Positions 45,852 through 55,445 of a DNA stretch of 64,000 bases are shown one piece after another. A program made the position numbers and the translations under genes. Position 1 is the stretch's first letter, and every line of letters begins with the position of its first letter. Source of the DNA: a virus. The notes under the pieces are model-generated. The model saw only the letters and a list, made by a program, of their open reading frames with translations, ran no database searches and was not told where the DNA came from. The DNA is taken from positions 32,001-96,000 of IMG/VR virus record IMGVR_UViG_3300009514_000005, one strand, 5' to 3'.

Positions 45852-46219
45852 TAAGCTGCTCTCCCGAAATCTATGGGTCCGGTTTTATCCTCAACGCCCA
45901 TAACCGAATAAAATATATTCACAATAATTCTTTTACCTGTTTCCTGAAAAGTAATTTGAAGAATAGTTATATCAGGGATTTGGGTAGATATTGAATTCGT
46001 AAGCTCACGAATAATTAGCGACTCCAGAAGAGGCCCTTCATTCTCAAAAACTTGATCCAATAAGCTCACTCCAACTGTTGGTCTCATAACCCTAGACCTT
46101 CTTATGGTCTTAACCAGTAAGACAATGGCTGACCTATAAACCTCAACACCTCTGGCCCTAGCTGGCAAACCGCCGCCTTCCGTTCTAAAGGGAAATGAAA
46201 TTCCAGATATTACTGCCAT
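45851..46219 (-). CDS. Baseplate wedge gp25-like protein
   Basis: GISFPF, SAI..L.KT..R.RVMRPTVG, position between spike region and gpJ. Confidence 0.85.
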   Translation of the reverse strand: MAVISGISFPFRTEGGGLPARARGVEVYRSAIVLLVKTIRRSRVMRPTVGVSLLDQVFENEGPLLESLIIRELTNSISTQIPDITILQITFQETGKRIIVNIFYSVMGVEDKTGPIDFGRAA

Positions 46220-46235
46220 ACACCTATCCTACACC

Positions 46236-47714
46236 TTAATCCTTCCGCTGAACAACGCGACCGTTGTTTTCTACCGCATATCCCTCAGGTATTTCCTGAT
46301 CAAATTCTAGAACATTATTAACCAAGATTTTAGTGATTGTTCTGGTCAAGATAACATCATTTGTATCATCAATAATTTTTGCAATTTTATTCTCTGAAAA
46401 TTCACTTACGTCTTGCATCGTCAATCTGTTGTCTCCAGAAGAAAAGTCTGCCATTCTGGCTACAAAAAATATTTCATCATAACGATCATCCTTGGCCTCA
46501 AGTTGACTTATTTTTTGATTAAATACATCAACCGTTAAGCCACCCTGCTCATAGCCGATTCGATCTCCTCCAGACTTATTTAGCCTCTGGTCGATGATGC
46601 CAAAGAGATCAAAAAAGCTCCCAGAGCCAGAGAATGTTCCATCTCCAGCCTGATTAACAGCCCCAAGACGAGCAAGCACTTGAGACAATCTAACCACTCT
46701 CTGAGTGCCCCTAGCCGTGATAACATCGTCTACAGGAATCAAACCATCATCGCCATACCTGCCAACACCGGATCCGGTTGCTGGAGAATTTTGCCAATTT
46801 AAAATATTTTGCCTCTCTGTGTTAACAGAATCTTTTGCATTACTTATTTCAGATGCTTCGATTCCAATCGAATCATTGGCATTGAGAGGAGCAAGCTGCT
46901 TAACCAGTTGATCATCAAAATAAACAACATCACTATTTAGAAGTCTTTTAAAAATTTTCATCACCCCAGGAGAAGAGGATCCATTAAGCGTTTCTCTTTC
47001 TCCATTGATAAATCCCGGATGAAATTCTTGAATCGTAGCTCCAGCCACAGGGTCACCACCTTCGGTATCGATAACGGTTATGACAACATCTTCAGCCGCC
47101 TGAGGAGGTGGCGGTGGAATTGGGGGAGCCGGAGGTATAATTGTAACGCTCTGAATAATTCCATAAACAGCGTTTCCAGCTCCGTCAAAAATTACAACTC
47201 TTTTTCCCGCACTGAATCCACCAGTGGATACGGAAGCCGTATTCCCAGAAAAAGCGCTAAAAAGAGTATCGCTCACACCGCTATCGGTAAATCCAGATTT
47301 CAACAAGGTAAGGCCAGCCTTCAACCTAGTATCAGCAGTCACTTCATGATCAGAAACAGATCCAGCAGGATTCCCGTTATTTGACGAGATAAGCTTTGGA
47401 GGGAGATTTACCCAAGGAGGACTAATCGGAAAATGAGGGCCTCCAGCTTGATTAATTGCTGAATCGATTAAATCTGCCTCATCATAAAGAGTCTTGGTCG
47501 TGCCGTTGATGGCTTTCATCTCTCCAAAATATTGATTAATAATATTGAGACGATTATCAAAAAAGACTTTATCTTCTCCATCTTTTTCAAGAAGCCGATC
47601 TCTTTGGGCCTGGAAATCATCAAGACTCTCTTCAACATTTTGTATCTCAGTTGGAAGCTGAAGAACCTGAAGGCTAATGGATTCGATTTGTGCATCAGTA
47701 AATATAAGAGACAT
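46236..47714 (-). CDS. Hypothetical structural protein (coiled-coil with Pro-rich hinge)
   Basis: 492 aa between spike and gp25, PPAPPIPPPPP linker. Confidence 0.55.
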   Translation of the reverse strand: MSLIFTDAQIESISLQVLQLPTEIQNVEESLDDFQAQRDRLLEKDGEDKVFFDNRLNIINQYFGEMKAINGTTKTLYDEADLIDSAINQAGGPHFPISPPWVNLPPKLISSNNGNPAGSVSDHEVTADTRLKAGLTLLKSGFTDSGVSDTLFSAFSGNTASVSTGGFSAGKRVVIFDGAGNAVYGIIQSVTIIPPAPPIPPPPPQAAEDVVITVIDTEGGDPVAGATIQEFHPGFINGERETLNGSSSPGVMKIFKRLLNSDVVYFDDQLVKQLAPLNANDSIGIEASEISNAKDSVNTERQNILNWQNSPATGSGVGRYGDDGLIPVDDVITARGTQRVVRLSQVLARLGAVNQAGDGTFSGSGSFFDLFGIIDQRLNKSGGDRIGYEQGGLTVDVFNQKISQLEAKDDRYDEIFFVARMADFSSGDNRLTMQDVSEFSENKIAKIIDDTNDVILTRTITKILVNNVLEFDQEIPEGYAVENNGRVVQRKD

Positions 47715-48625
47715 TATCCAGATACCACCTTGGGACTTCCCGTTGCAATATAAGCAACAATTGGTACTCCCAAATTCCCTTGGCCCACAGCGAAATCACC
47801 AACCCTGGCTACCGGCAAACCGCCGCCGCCAAGCTGAACCAATGATCCTTGAACCTTTGTTATACCGGAAGCTGCCCCTAATTCAGTTTCAGAAGTTCCG
47901 AAAAACTTTGCTTTCGCAGAAGCCTTAAATTCAATTTCCCCAGTAGCCTCGGCATTAATATTAACAGCTTTTACAGAGGCGTCTTTTGCCGTAGTGACAG
48001 TTATATTATCCGTAGTAGTAATATCGGCGGTTCCCTCAACGTTTACTGAAGCGTTCCCTTTAACTTGTATAGCCATTCCCTCTGGAGTAAAGGAAACTGA
48101 ATGTTCTCCCTCTTCCTGCTGGCTTTTAATGGTAAGTTTTTTCTCGCCAGACTCCATAACGATAGATGATTCTTTTCCGTTTTTATCTTTTGAAATTATC
48201 TTAATGGCCTCTTTGCCTTCGTTTTCATCTATTAAAATTTTCGTGCCATTCTTAAAAACCCATCCCCTTACGTTCGGATAGCCATTCTTGAAATCCTCTG
48301 GAAGTTCTCCTCTGGCGTAATAGCCTCCAAAATACATTGGGTGATTTATGTCTCCATTCTCAAAAACAACCGTTATATGATCACCAACATCAGGAGGAAA
48401 GAACTGACCCTTTTCCGGACCGGCCAAATCAAATCCAATCGGTTCGGCAGCCTTTGAAAGGATTCTTTCTCTCATTAGAGTAGGGACTTTTATCGTCACG
48501 GTTCCTCTTTTTAATTGGTCTTCATTATTAGAAACAACAATCCCGGTATAATGGCCGTAATATCGTTGGAAATATTCCAATCCAAATTTTTTTAAAATAT
48601 CTACAAAATCTTCAAAAAGGCCCAT
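47714..48625 (-). CDS. Baseplate spike (gp5/gpV/VgrG OB-fold) with C-terminal PAAR-like motif
   Basis: Y.G.VV.NN....RG.V..KVP, FFPPDVGD.I.VVFENGDINHP.Y.G, terminal PVARVGD...IATGSPKV. Confidence 0.85.
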   Translation of the reverse strand: MGLFEDFVDILKKFGLEYFQRYYGHYTGIVVSNNEDQLKRGTVTIKVPTLMRERILSKAAEPIGFDLAGPEKGQFFPPDVGDHITVVFENGDINHPMYFGGYYARGELPEDFKNGYPNVRGWVFKNGTKILIDENEGKEAIKIISKDKNGKESSIVMESGEKKLTIKSQQEEGEHSVSFTPEGMAIQVKGNASVNVEGTADITTTDNITVTTAKDASVKAVNINAEATGEIEFKASAKAKFFGTSETELGAASGITKVQGSLVQLGGGGLPVARVGDFAVGQGNLGVPIVAYIATGSPKVVSG

Positions 48626-48639
48626 ATTAAAAAAAATCC

Positions 48640-50022
48640 TTACTGAATGTTAACCCCACTTGTTTGAGGAATTTTAGTATTTGTTTTTGCAGAAGAAGTC
48701 GCAGATGTTGGCCTTGCTTTCTCAAATTGTTGAGATAGTGCCGAAATTAACCCACCAGTTCTAGCGCATTTCAAAGCAGTCTCAACTCCACCAGAAGAAA
48801 CATTGTGCTCAACCTCATATAAGTCATAGGCTCCAGTCAAAGCATCAATATCAGCAATGGCTACATTGACCATTTGCCCCGGAAGAAGATCAACTACACC
48901 AATTGACTGAAGACTGTACTGGAAAGTTTTATCCATAAATGAGTGAACAAGTCCTTTAGCTTTTTCAACTTCAAACTTACCGGGGACAGAAAGACCTGCT
49001 CCGCCAACATCGTCTGGTTTTACGTTTCCGGCAACATCGGCCTTTGTTCCTCTCTGTGTCGCATTTTGACCACCAGCAACAGATCCATCCTGGCTAGTAG
49101 TAGTATTTGTAGACTCAGACATGGTGCCAGCACCAGCTTTAACGTCATTAGTCTTTTTCTCTTCTCTGTTATTGGATGATATTTTTTTACCCCATGCTGC
49201 TCCTGGAAGAGTCAGATTAGTAACCTCAGTTGAAAGTCCAAGAAGTGGGTAAACTCTTTTGTTTGGATTAATTTGTCGATACATAACAAAAGTTGGAATA
49301 CGCTGAATCGTTCTTGTTCCATGTCTACTTCTTATTTTGAAAATTTGCGCGGAATCAGCATTGCCTGGATTTTTTGCCCCAGCATAAAAACCAGTACAAT
49401 TAGCAGACTCCAACACCTCTAAAGCTGACTCCCAATCTGACTTGGATTGATCGTAATTCATTTGAACATCTAAATCTTCAATAGCTTTACGGTCTTCAAT
49501 TTTTATTTCTACCTCGTCACCAATCAGCTCTTGAAGTATTTTTGATTTTGTTTGATCTTTAAATGTCCTTTGTTTTTGCGCCTTAGTACTGCTAAACATC
49601 ATGCCAACACCCTTCATAGTGATAGAGACGCCATCTGTTGAAATATCTATATCTGGTGGCATTAATATTGCTTTAAAAAAAGAAGATGATCTACCACCAT
49701 AATGAAGTCTTACGGCCATTCTGTTAACCGCAATTCCGAGTTTTGAAATGCCTATCGATCCAAGAGGAATTGGAATGGCCCCGGTCCCACTATCTGACTT
49801 GGAAAATCCAATGCCTATTTTCCCAGACTTTAAAAGCTTAATGGCTTGCTCTAAGGGAGGTGCTAGATGAACATCAACGGTAAATATTTTAAGAAGAGGA
49901 ATGTTTACTCTGACTGAATCAATATAACTAGATGCTGGGCCGATAACGGATTGAATACTTTGCATCACGCCGTTTTCCTCTAAAAGAAGCTCTACGTCTC
50001 CACCAAGAAGATCAATGGCCAT
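48640..50022 (-). CDS. Baseplate hub protein (gp27/gpD-like)
   Basis: C-terminal GVVDLLPGQMVNV.......GAYDLYEVEHNVSSGGVET.LKC, position after tape measure. Confidence 0.7.
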   Translation of the reverse strand: MAIDLLGGDVELLLEENGVMQSIQSVIGPASSYIDSVRVNIPLLKIFTVDVHLAPPLEQAIKLLKSGKIGIGFSKSDSGTGAIPIPLGSIGISKLGIAVNRMAVRLHYGGRSSSFFKAILMPPDIDISTDGVSITMKGVGMMFSSTKAQKQRTFKDQTKSKILQELIGDEVEIKIEDRKAIEDLDVQMNYDQSKSDWESALEVLESANCTGFYAGAKNPGNADSAQIFKIRSRHGTRTIQRIPTFVMYRQINPNKRVYPLLGLSTEVTNLTLPGAAWGKKISSNNREEKKTNDVKAGAGTMSESTNTTTSQDGSVAGGQNATQRGTKADVAGNVKPDDVGGAGLSVPGKFEVEKAKGLVHSFMDKTFQYSLQSIGVVDLLPGQMVNVAIADIDALTGAYDLYEVEHNVSSGGVETALKCARTGGLISALSQQFEKARPTSATSSAKTNTKIPQTSGVNIQ

Positions 50023-52079
50023 CAGGTAATCTCCTTACCGCTTCTTTCCGCCTGAGCCCTGCTCCTTTTATCCATGGTTATTCCCATTCTGTTTGCATCA
50101 GCACCAATAACAACTTTTTGATTTCCTCCGCCTTTGGATAGATTTTGATTCAGTTGTTGTAGCTGATCTAATATCAACATATTGCTCATCGCTGTTTGTT
50201 CTGTTGCGGCAAGTTGTTTTTTTGTTACATCTTTCTCCGGCACTTTTTTTAGCCTAGCTTGCTTTTCTTTTTCTGTTCCTATTGGAATAACCGGGGCTAC
50301 TTTTCCCTTTTCCCCTCCGGCTATGATGCCCCCAGGAGTTTTAGTTTGTTGCTGGAGCTTGGGAGGAACTCCTGCTTTTGGCTTCATTTTTTCAGCACTT
50401 TTGTTTAATTTGTCAGCAGCGGAATCAAACATAGATCCAAAACCCTTGACCTTATCGCCAAGCCAATCAGCAGCACCTCCAACGGCGTTTCCAACCAATC
50501 CACCAATATTTTTCCATCCTTCAAAAATCATTTTAAAAACAGTTAATATTCCGTTTCCAAAAGTCATAAAAGCATTTGTAACAAAATCTATTGATGTTTT
50601 TATGCCAGTTCCAACGGATCCGAATACAGATGTAATTGAATCTATTGCCGACTTAAGCATTGGTGATTGAGAAACAAAGGCAGATACCCAATTATTAAGA
50701 GCGCCGAAGAACCTACCGATTGAACCCGCAAGGTCCATAATAGAGGTGCCGAGCCACTTAAATCCGCCAGTTACAGTAGACCATACTCCAGTGACAAATC
50801 CTGCGATAGCGGTGCCAAATACAGCTATGGCGGCAATCGCTGTTCCTATTCCTCCGCTAAAAGTCAAAAGTCTTTGGCCCAACATTCTTATCGGATTCCA
50901 TAAAAACTCAAAGGCATTTACAAACGGTGTCTTTATGGCGTTAATTATGCTCAAAAGCCTGGGCCCAATACCTTTAAAAACATTCAAAAATCTTCCACCG
51001 AGAGATTTGGTGACTTTCATAATTCCAGATCCAAGATTTTTAAACATTCCAGAAAGAGCACTCACTCCAGGTATCTTTAGAAGGCCGGTTCCCAAAGCTG
51101 CTAAGCCAGCGGCCAACCACCCCATTATTGTCCCAAGTATCCCCTTTTTTTCCTCTTCTTCTCCGCTTATTTCAAAAATCTTCTTCAACAAAGAAATAAC
51201 ATTTGTTTTTTTGCCGCCTTTGCCAAGAGATATATTCATATCTTTTTGTTTTTCAAATGATTCTTCATTCATCTTTAAAAGATTATTAAGAGAATTAATC
51301 ATTTTATCTCTTTGGTTTTTCTCTATTTTTCCCATCAGCATTTTAGGTAAATCCTTAATAGGCTTAAGGACGCTCCCAACGACTCCAAGGGCCGCTGTTA
51401 ACTGAGGAGGAATAATTTTAGAAAAATCGATACCAACCGTAGACAAGAAGTTTTTAGCAGAATTTCCAATATCATTAAAATAATTTCTCACTCCCTCGAA
51501 AACCTTGCTTGCTTTTTTCCAGCCAGCCATAATTGCGTTATTGCTTTTTACAAAAGTGGAAGCGTTCGAGATAATCCTATTTCTAGAATCTTCGGTAAGT
51601 TTTCCGTTTTCATCAAAAGATACATTTAGATCCCTCATGTTGGCGATCAAGTGTTCCATCAATTGAGGCTTGATTACTTTTCCCAATGCTCCAAAAGTGC
51701 CAGCAACATCGTCAGCCCTTTTTCCTCCTTCTTGAATAACCTTGTAAAGCTTTTGAAAAGATTTTGTTCCTATATTTTTTGGGGCCGTGGTCTTTTTAGC
51801 CTGACCAGTTGTAGATTTTTCATCACTGACTCCTGCCCATTGCTTGGGCCCACTAGGACCCTTCATTCCACCTAATCCCGCTGAAGCACCAGGTTTGCCA
51901 ATCTTTTCCCCAACGCCGCCAAGGCCCTTTGAAGCCTTTTTTCCTGCGCCTCCTATGTCTTTTAATTTTGAAGAAATTCCACCAAGATGTTTATGGACAT
52001 TAACAAGCTTCTTCTCGAGTCCCTTGTCGGTGGCCTTAAAACTAAAGCCTAATCCCAAGAATTTTTTATCAGCAGCCAT
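50022..52079 (-). CDS. Tape measure protein
   Basis: LGLGFSFKATD N-terminus, Ala/Gly-rich amphipathic helices with F/W periodicity, follows the chaperones. Confidence 0.75.
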   Translation of the reverse strand: MAADKKFLGLGFSFKATDKGLEKKLVNVHKHLGGISSKLKDIGGAGKKASKGLGGVGEKIGKPGASAGLGGMKGPSGPKQWAGVSDEKSTTGQAKKTTAPKNIGTKSFQKLYKVIQEGGKRADDVAGTFGALGKVIKPQLMEHLIANMRDLNVSFDENGKLTEDSRNRIISNASTFVKSNNAIMAGWKKASKVFEGVRNYFNDIGNSAKNFLSTVGIDFSKIIPPQLTAALGVVGSVLKPIKDLPKMLMGKIEKNQRDKMINSLNNLLKMNEESFEKQKDMNISLGKGGKKTNVISLLKKIFEISGEEEEKKGILGTIMGWLAAGLAALGTGLLKIPGVSALSGMFKNLGSGIMKVTKSLGGRFLNVFKGIGPRLLSIINAIKTPFVNAFEFLWNPIRMLGQRLLTFSGGIGTAIAAIAVFGTAIAGFVTGVWSTVTGGFKWLGTSIMDLAGSIGRFFGALNNWVSAFVSQSPMLKSAIDSITSVFGSVGTGIKTSIDFVTNAFMTFGNGILTVFKMIFEGWKNIGGLVGNAVGGAADWLGDKVKGFGSMFDSAADKLNKSAEKMKPKAGVPPKLQQQTKTPGGIIAGGEKGKVAPVIPIGTEKEKQARLKKVPEKDVTKKQLAATEQTAMSNMLILDQLQQLNQNLSKGGGNQKVVIGADANRMGITMDKRSRAQAERSGKEIT

Positions 52080-52115
52080 GCATTCACCTCACTCTACCTT
52101 AAGTGATATGGCTGC

Positions 52116-52277
52116 CTATCGCTTTCGGTCAGCCTCTACCTTCCTCTTTGCTTCTAACTCCTCTTTCCATTCAACTAGCCTTTTTCTCCTTGAAACCGGC
52201 ATACTCATAAACGAGTCATATTGAAGCCGCACTGTTTCCAATAAAAAAGCAAATTCTTCTTCCAGTGTGTCAATCAT
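52116..52277 (-). CDS. Tail assembly chaperone, second (GT-type) segment
   Basis: Not in track. MIDTLEEEFAFLLETVRLQYDSFMSMPVSRRKRLVEWK..., ATGA overlap in the -1 frame of the upstream gene. Confidence 0.75.
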   Translation of the reverse strand: MIDTLEEEFAFLLETVRLQYDSFMSMPVSRRKRLVEWKEELEAKRKVEADRKR

Positions 52278-53008
52278 TCCGAGGGGAAAAAAAATTCCGA
52301 GCCCGACAACTCCATATCACTTGTGTATTCATTATGACACTTAGGGCAAGTTGCTTTATATTCGTCGTCAAAATCTCCTTCTTCTTTTTCGATAGCATTT
52401 CTAAATCTAGACCTTTCTTTCATGGGGAGAATTTTGATGCTTTCTATACCTGCTGGTTTTCCGTCAATGCTATCAACCCTTGCATAAAGACCAACGGTTG
52501 CTTTGTTTTGGTCTGTTGCAATTTTTTCAATCTTTTCCTCAACCGCGCCATCAGCTATTTTCCAACGAATTTTTCTTCCATCAGCTAACTCAAATTCCCT
52601 AAATAATTCATCGGCATTTGGCGGTCTTTCTATTTTTATTTGAGCTAAATCATAATCAACTTTATCCTTATGAGCGCATTCGGAATCAGGACAGGTTGTC
52701 ACAAAAGTAAAAATATTACCGACAGATAAAGATCTAAGCTGTAGAAGACATCCCCATCTATCAGTTACGACTAATCTTTTGGCGAAAGCATTAATCTGTG
52801 CTCTATCTTCAATATCTCCAAATTTAGTAATACAGTTAGCAATAATCTGAGTTAGTTTTGTCGCTGTTAACATTTTCTGGGAGGCCAAAACATCTTCTTC
52901 GATGCCTGTCATTTCTCGGAAAATAATATTTTTAATAACGCCAACTTCATCAACCTTTACGCCGGTAGGTAATTCATAGGATCCTAACGGTGATTTTGCG
53001 CCTTCCAT
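52274..53008 (-). CDS. Tail/baseplate assembly chaperone (T4 gp26-like, two CxxC-type motifs)
   Basis: FREMTG.EED.L, LVVTDR...L.QLRSLS.G, CPDSEC, CPKC, ends FFFPSE. Confidence 0.75.
   Translation of the reverse strand: MEGAKSPLGSYELPTGVKVDEVGVIKNIIFREMTGIEEDVLASQKMLTATKLTQIIANCITKFGDIEDRAQINAFAKRLVVTDRWGCLLQLRSLSVGNIFTFVTTCPDSECAHKDKVDYDLAQIKIERPPNADELFREFELADGRKIRWKIADGAVEEKIEKIATDQNKATVGLYARVDSIDGKPAGIESIKILPMKERSRFRNAIEKEEGDFDDEYKATCPKCHNEYTSDMELSGSEFFFPSE
52283..52297 (-). other. Putative -1 programmed ribosomal frameshift site (GAA TTT TTT TTC CCC)
   Basis: T8 run three codons before the stop, -1 frame open into 52116-52277. Confidence 0.65.
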
Positions 53009-53018
53009 TCAATGCTCC

Positions 53019-53333
53019 TTATTCTACGGGTCTTAATAGACCATCAACGGTTTCTCTAGCAGGAATTCTTATAACCATTCCCTCCCTCGCCTGATTAGGG
53101 AGATCTAAATTATTAGCAACCTGAATAACCCACATTAGTTCTGGATCATCATAAAAATCATAAGCAATTAAATCAAGCCGCGTAGCTTGACCCTGCTCTA
53201 ATTGAACATAAGTATCATCGGTACTAAAGGGAATTTCTGGATATTCAGTTTGGTCCCAAAAAATTAATCCCTTAAAATCTAAGAGTCGAGTCAGATTGAG
53301 CCAGCTTCCTGGAGAAATATTAATTTCCGCCAT
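53019..53333 (-). CDS. Baseplate wedge / tail protein X (LysM-like, gp53-like)
   Basis: RLDLIAYDFYDDPELMWVIQVANNL......G.VIRIP. Confidence 0.8.
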   Translation of the reverse strand: MAEINISPGSWLNLTRLLDFKGLIFWDQTEYPEIPFSTDDTYVQLEQGQATRLDLIAYDFYDDPELMWVIQVANNLDLPNQAREGMVIRIPARETVDGLLRPVE

Positions 53334-53529
53334 TAATAATCTCCTCAGAATCAGACATAGATTGCCTATCTTTTACTATGTAATCTCTCAGCGATTCTCG
53401 CACCAGATCACTCATGCTGCGATTATCTCGCTTGCCAACGCTTTCTAAGAAATCATAAGTATTCTTGGAGACCCAGATGTTCATACGAACCCTGGCCGGA
53501 ACATCCTCTTTTAACTCACCGTTTCCCAT
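53320..53529 (-). CDS. Ribbon-helix-helix regulator
   Basis: VRMNIWVSKNTYDFLE...RSMSDLVRESLRDYI, start refined to ATG 53529. Confidence 0.75.
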   Translation of the reverse strand: MGNGELKEDVPARVRMNIWVSKNTYDFLESVGKRDNRSMSDLVRESLRDYIVKDRQSMSDSEEIINGGN

Positions 53530-53558
53530 GGAGTAAATTATACGCAAAGGGAGGGCAA

Positions 53559-53762
53559 TTAACTAGTTAAAATTTCCCCAATAGAAATGACCCCCTCTGT
53601 CTTCTTTTTCTTTTTGGCGTATCCATATCCAAAATCTTTTCGATCAGAAGGACGAAGGCTGCCTAGCGGCACAGGGTAATATGCCACATTGGCAGTTGTT
53701 GTGGCCTCTTCAAAAACATCCGGGAAAAACCATCCAATTGATTGGAGCGTATCTTTTTTCAT
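53559..53762 (-). CDS. Hypothetical protein
   Basis: 67-aa ORF with GAGG SD. Confidence 0.45.
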   Translation of the reverse strand: MKKDTLQSIGWFFPDVFEEATTTANVAYYPVPLGSLRPSDRKDFGYGYAKKKKKTEGVISIGEILTS

Positions 53763-53782
53763 AACCTCAGAATAACAGAGGG

Positions 53783-54241
53783 CTACTGAAAAGTATATTT
53801 CTTGGTATCGACTGCGATTTTTTGCATAGACTCAATTGCCTTGAAGGCCGCCTGAACTAAGTGTTTGCAGACCATAGGAATTTGTTTTGGATTGGTAATA
53901 TGAGGAGGCTTCCCATTTGAATACTTGATTTCTGAAGACCCATGCTTCGCAAGAGCGTACTCGCAATTAAATAAAAAAAATGGGCAAGAGCACTGTACCC
54001 AAGCTGGATGATCAAAATCTGGTTTTTCCCAAACATTAAGCTTTACCGTGGTTGGGTACAGTTCAATCTCTACATCGTAAAAAACGGTTTCAGTAATGGC
54101 CCGACAGCGCACCACAAAAACTATTGTATCGATCGATTTTTTCTTGGATTTAGTGGCACTAATTACAGTGGCACTGACCTGCATGGATCTTTCTTTTACA
54201 TCGTCAGGTGTGTTATCGAGCAATTGTTGCAGTGTTTTCAT
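53783..54241 (-). CDS. SWIM zinc-finger protein
   Basis: WVQCSCPFF...VCKHL. Confidence 0.75.
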   Translation of the reverse strand: MKTLQQLLDNTPDDVKERSMQVSATVISATKSKKKSIDTIVFVVRCRAITETVFYDVEIELYPTTVKLNVWEKPDFDHPAWVQCSCPFFLFNCEYALAKHGSSEIKYSNGKPPHITNPKQIPMVCKHLVQAAFKAIESMQKIAVDTKKYTFQ

Positions 54242-54298
54242 CTATATAATTTTCCTCTTTTTTTATTCTCTTGTCTCGCTTCTTCTTTCTATGAGGAA

Positions 54299-54880
54299 TT
54301 AAATACCTGTGTTAAACTCTTCAAAATAAAATGGCCTCAATGTAAGTTCCGCTAAGCTAATATCTTTTCCCATTGGATCAAAATCACTTCCACCTTTATA
54401 TCTCGTAGGAACCGTCTCAATCAACATCCAAGCCCTTGCAGGGATTCTTGATATAAGATCAGTCAATACACCAAAGCCTAAATCAAGGCCACCCTGATCC
54501 CCAGGAAGGCCCAATACACCAATATCTGAATAATGAATGATGAGAAGGTTTTTTCTCTGCTCAGTTTCACCACGAATATATTTACTGATCCAATCATAAA
54601 AATCCGAATTAAAAAATCTTGTTCCCTGAGTTAATTCAATCGGCGTAACTTCAGCCCCTTGGAGAACGTAACGAGGATACTCGAAAGTCCCTTCTTTAAT
54701 AGATTTTTCATTAACCGTAATCTCTGGAGCTGTACAAGTCCTAAACCCATAGACAGGAAGAAAAACTAAAGGGAAAGAAAAGGAGATATCAAATACCTGA
54801 AAATGAGCATTTGTTAAAAAATCAGAGATCCTATTTCTTCTGTCTAGAGGATTAAGGGAATCTAAAAATTTTAGGCCCAC
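54299..54880 (-). CDS. Second tube-family protein (gp19-like / tube initiator)
   Basis: GFRTCTAPEITV...IKEG.FEYP......V.PIELTQG....SDFYDWI, GSDFD...DISLAELTL. Confidence 0.75.
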   Translation of the reverse strand: MGLKFLDSLNPLDRRNRISDFLTNAHFQVFDISFSFPLVFLPVYGFRTCTAPEITVNEKSIKEGTFEYPRYVLQGAEVTPIELTQGTRFFNSDFYDWISKYIRGETEQRKNLLIIHYSDIGVLGLPGDQGGLDLGFGVLTDLISRIPARAWMLIETVPTRYKGGSDFDPMGKDISLAELTLRPFYFEEFNTGI

Positions 54881-54895
54881 AACTAATCCCCTATT

Positions 54896-55426
54896 TTACG
54901 AAATAGTTAACGCATCAACCTCGTTTCCATTTTGAAATAAACGGAAATATTCGATCTCAATATCAATCTCTTCAAGAGTTATTTCAGCGGTTGTAGAATC
55001 CCAATCCGTTCCCGTCTTAACTCGAGTAGGAAGACAGTTAAAACAATGGAATTCTCTTGATGCAATAGCATTTCTATAATCAATCAAACCACTCACATCA
55101 TCTCTATGAAAATGACGAATAATTAAATTGGTTCGATAAGGCTGATTTTCAGAAGTTGCTCTACACCAAGCCGCAAAAGTTGAATCATTTTTAACAACGC
55201 CCTTGGACAAAGTAAGAGGAGTAAAAGTGGTTTCACCTGGATACTTTCTTCGGTAAGTCCAAATTCCTTCTTGATACTCAATTGATCCAATCGTCTGCTC
55301 TGGAGCCACAACAGTATTAAATCCAGCAGCGGGTGTTGCCAGGTTGAGATATCCCTCAGTATCAATTACATGAAATCGATTCTGAGAAAATGGATCGGTA
55401 GATTGACTTCTAGCGGTGCCTGCCAT
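54896..55426 (-). CDS. Major tail tube protein (T4 gp19-like)
   Basis: AGFNTV..PE.T...IEYQEG......KYPG.TTF.PLTLSKGV...S.F..W, LEEIDIEIEY, directly after sheath. Confidence 0.9.
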   Translation of the reverse strand: MAGTARSQSTDPFSQNRFHVIDTEGYLNLATPAAGFNTVVAPEQTIGSIEYQEGIWTYRRKYPGETTFTPLTLSKGVVKNDSTFAAWCRATSENQPYRTNLIIRHFHRDDVSGLIDYRNAIASREFHCFNCLPTRVKTGTDWDSTTAEITLEEIDIEIEYFRLFQNGNEVDALTIS

Positions 55427-55445
55427 CGTTGCTCTCCTTTAAATA

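Noticed and set aside
50022-52079. Truncated or pseudogenised tape measure (only 685 aa)
   Set aside because: The ORF is intact from SD to a coupled stop. Short tape measures are normal for short contractile tails.
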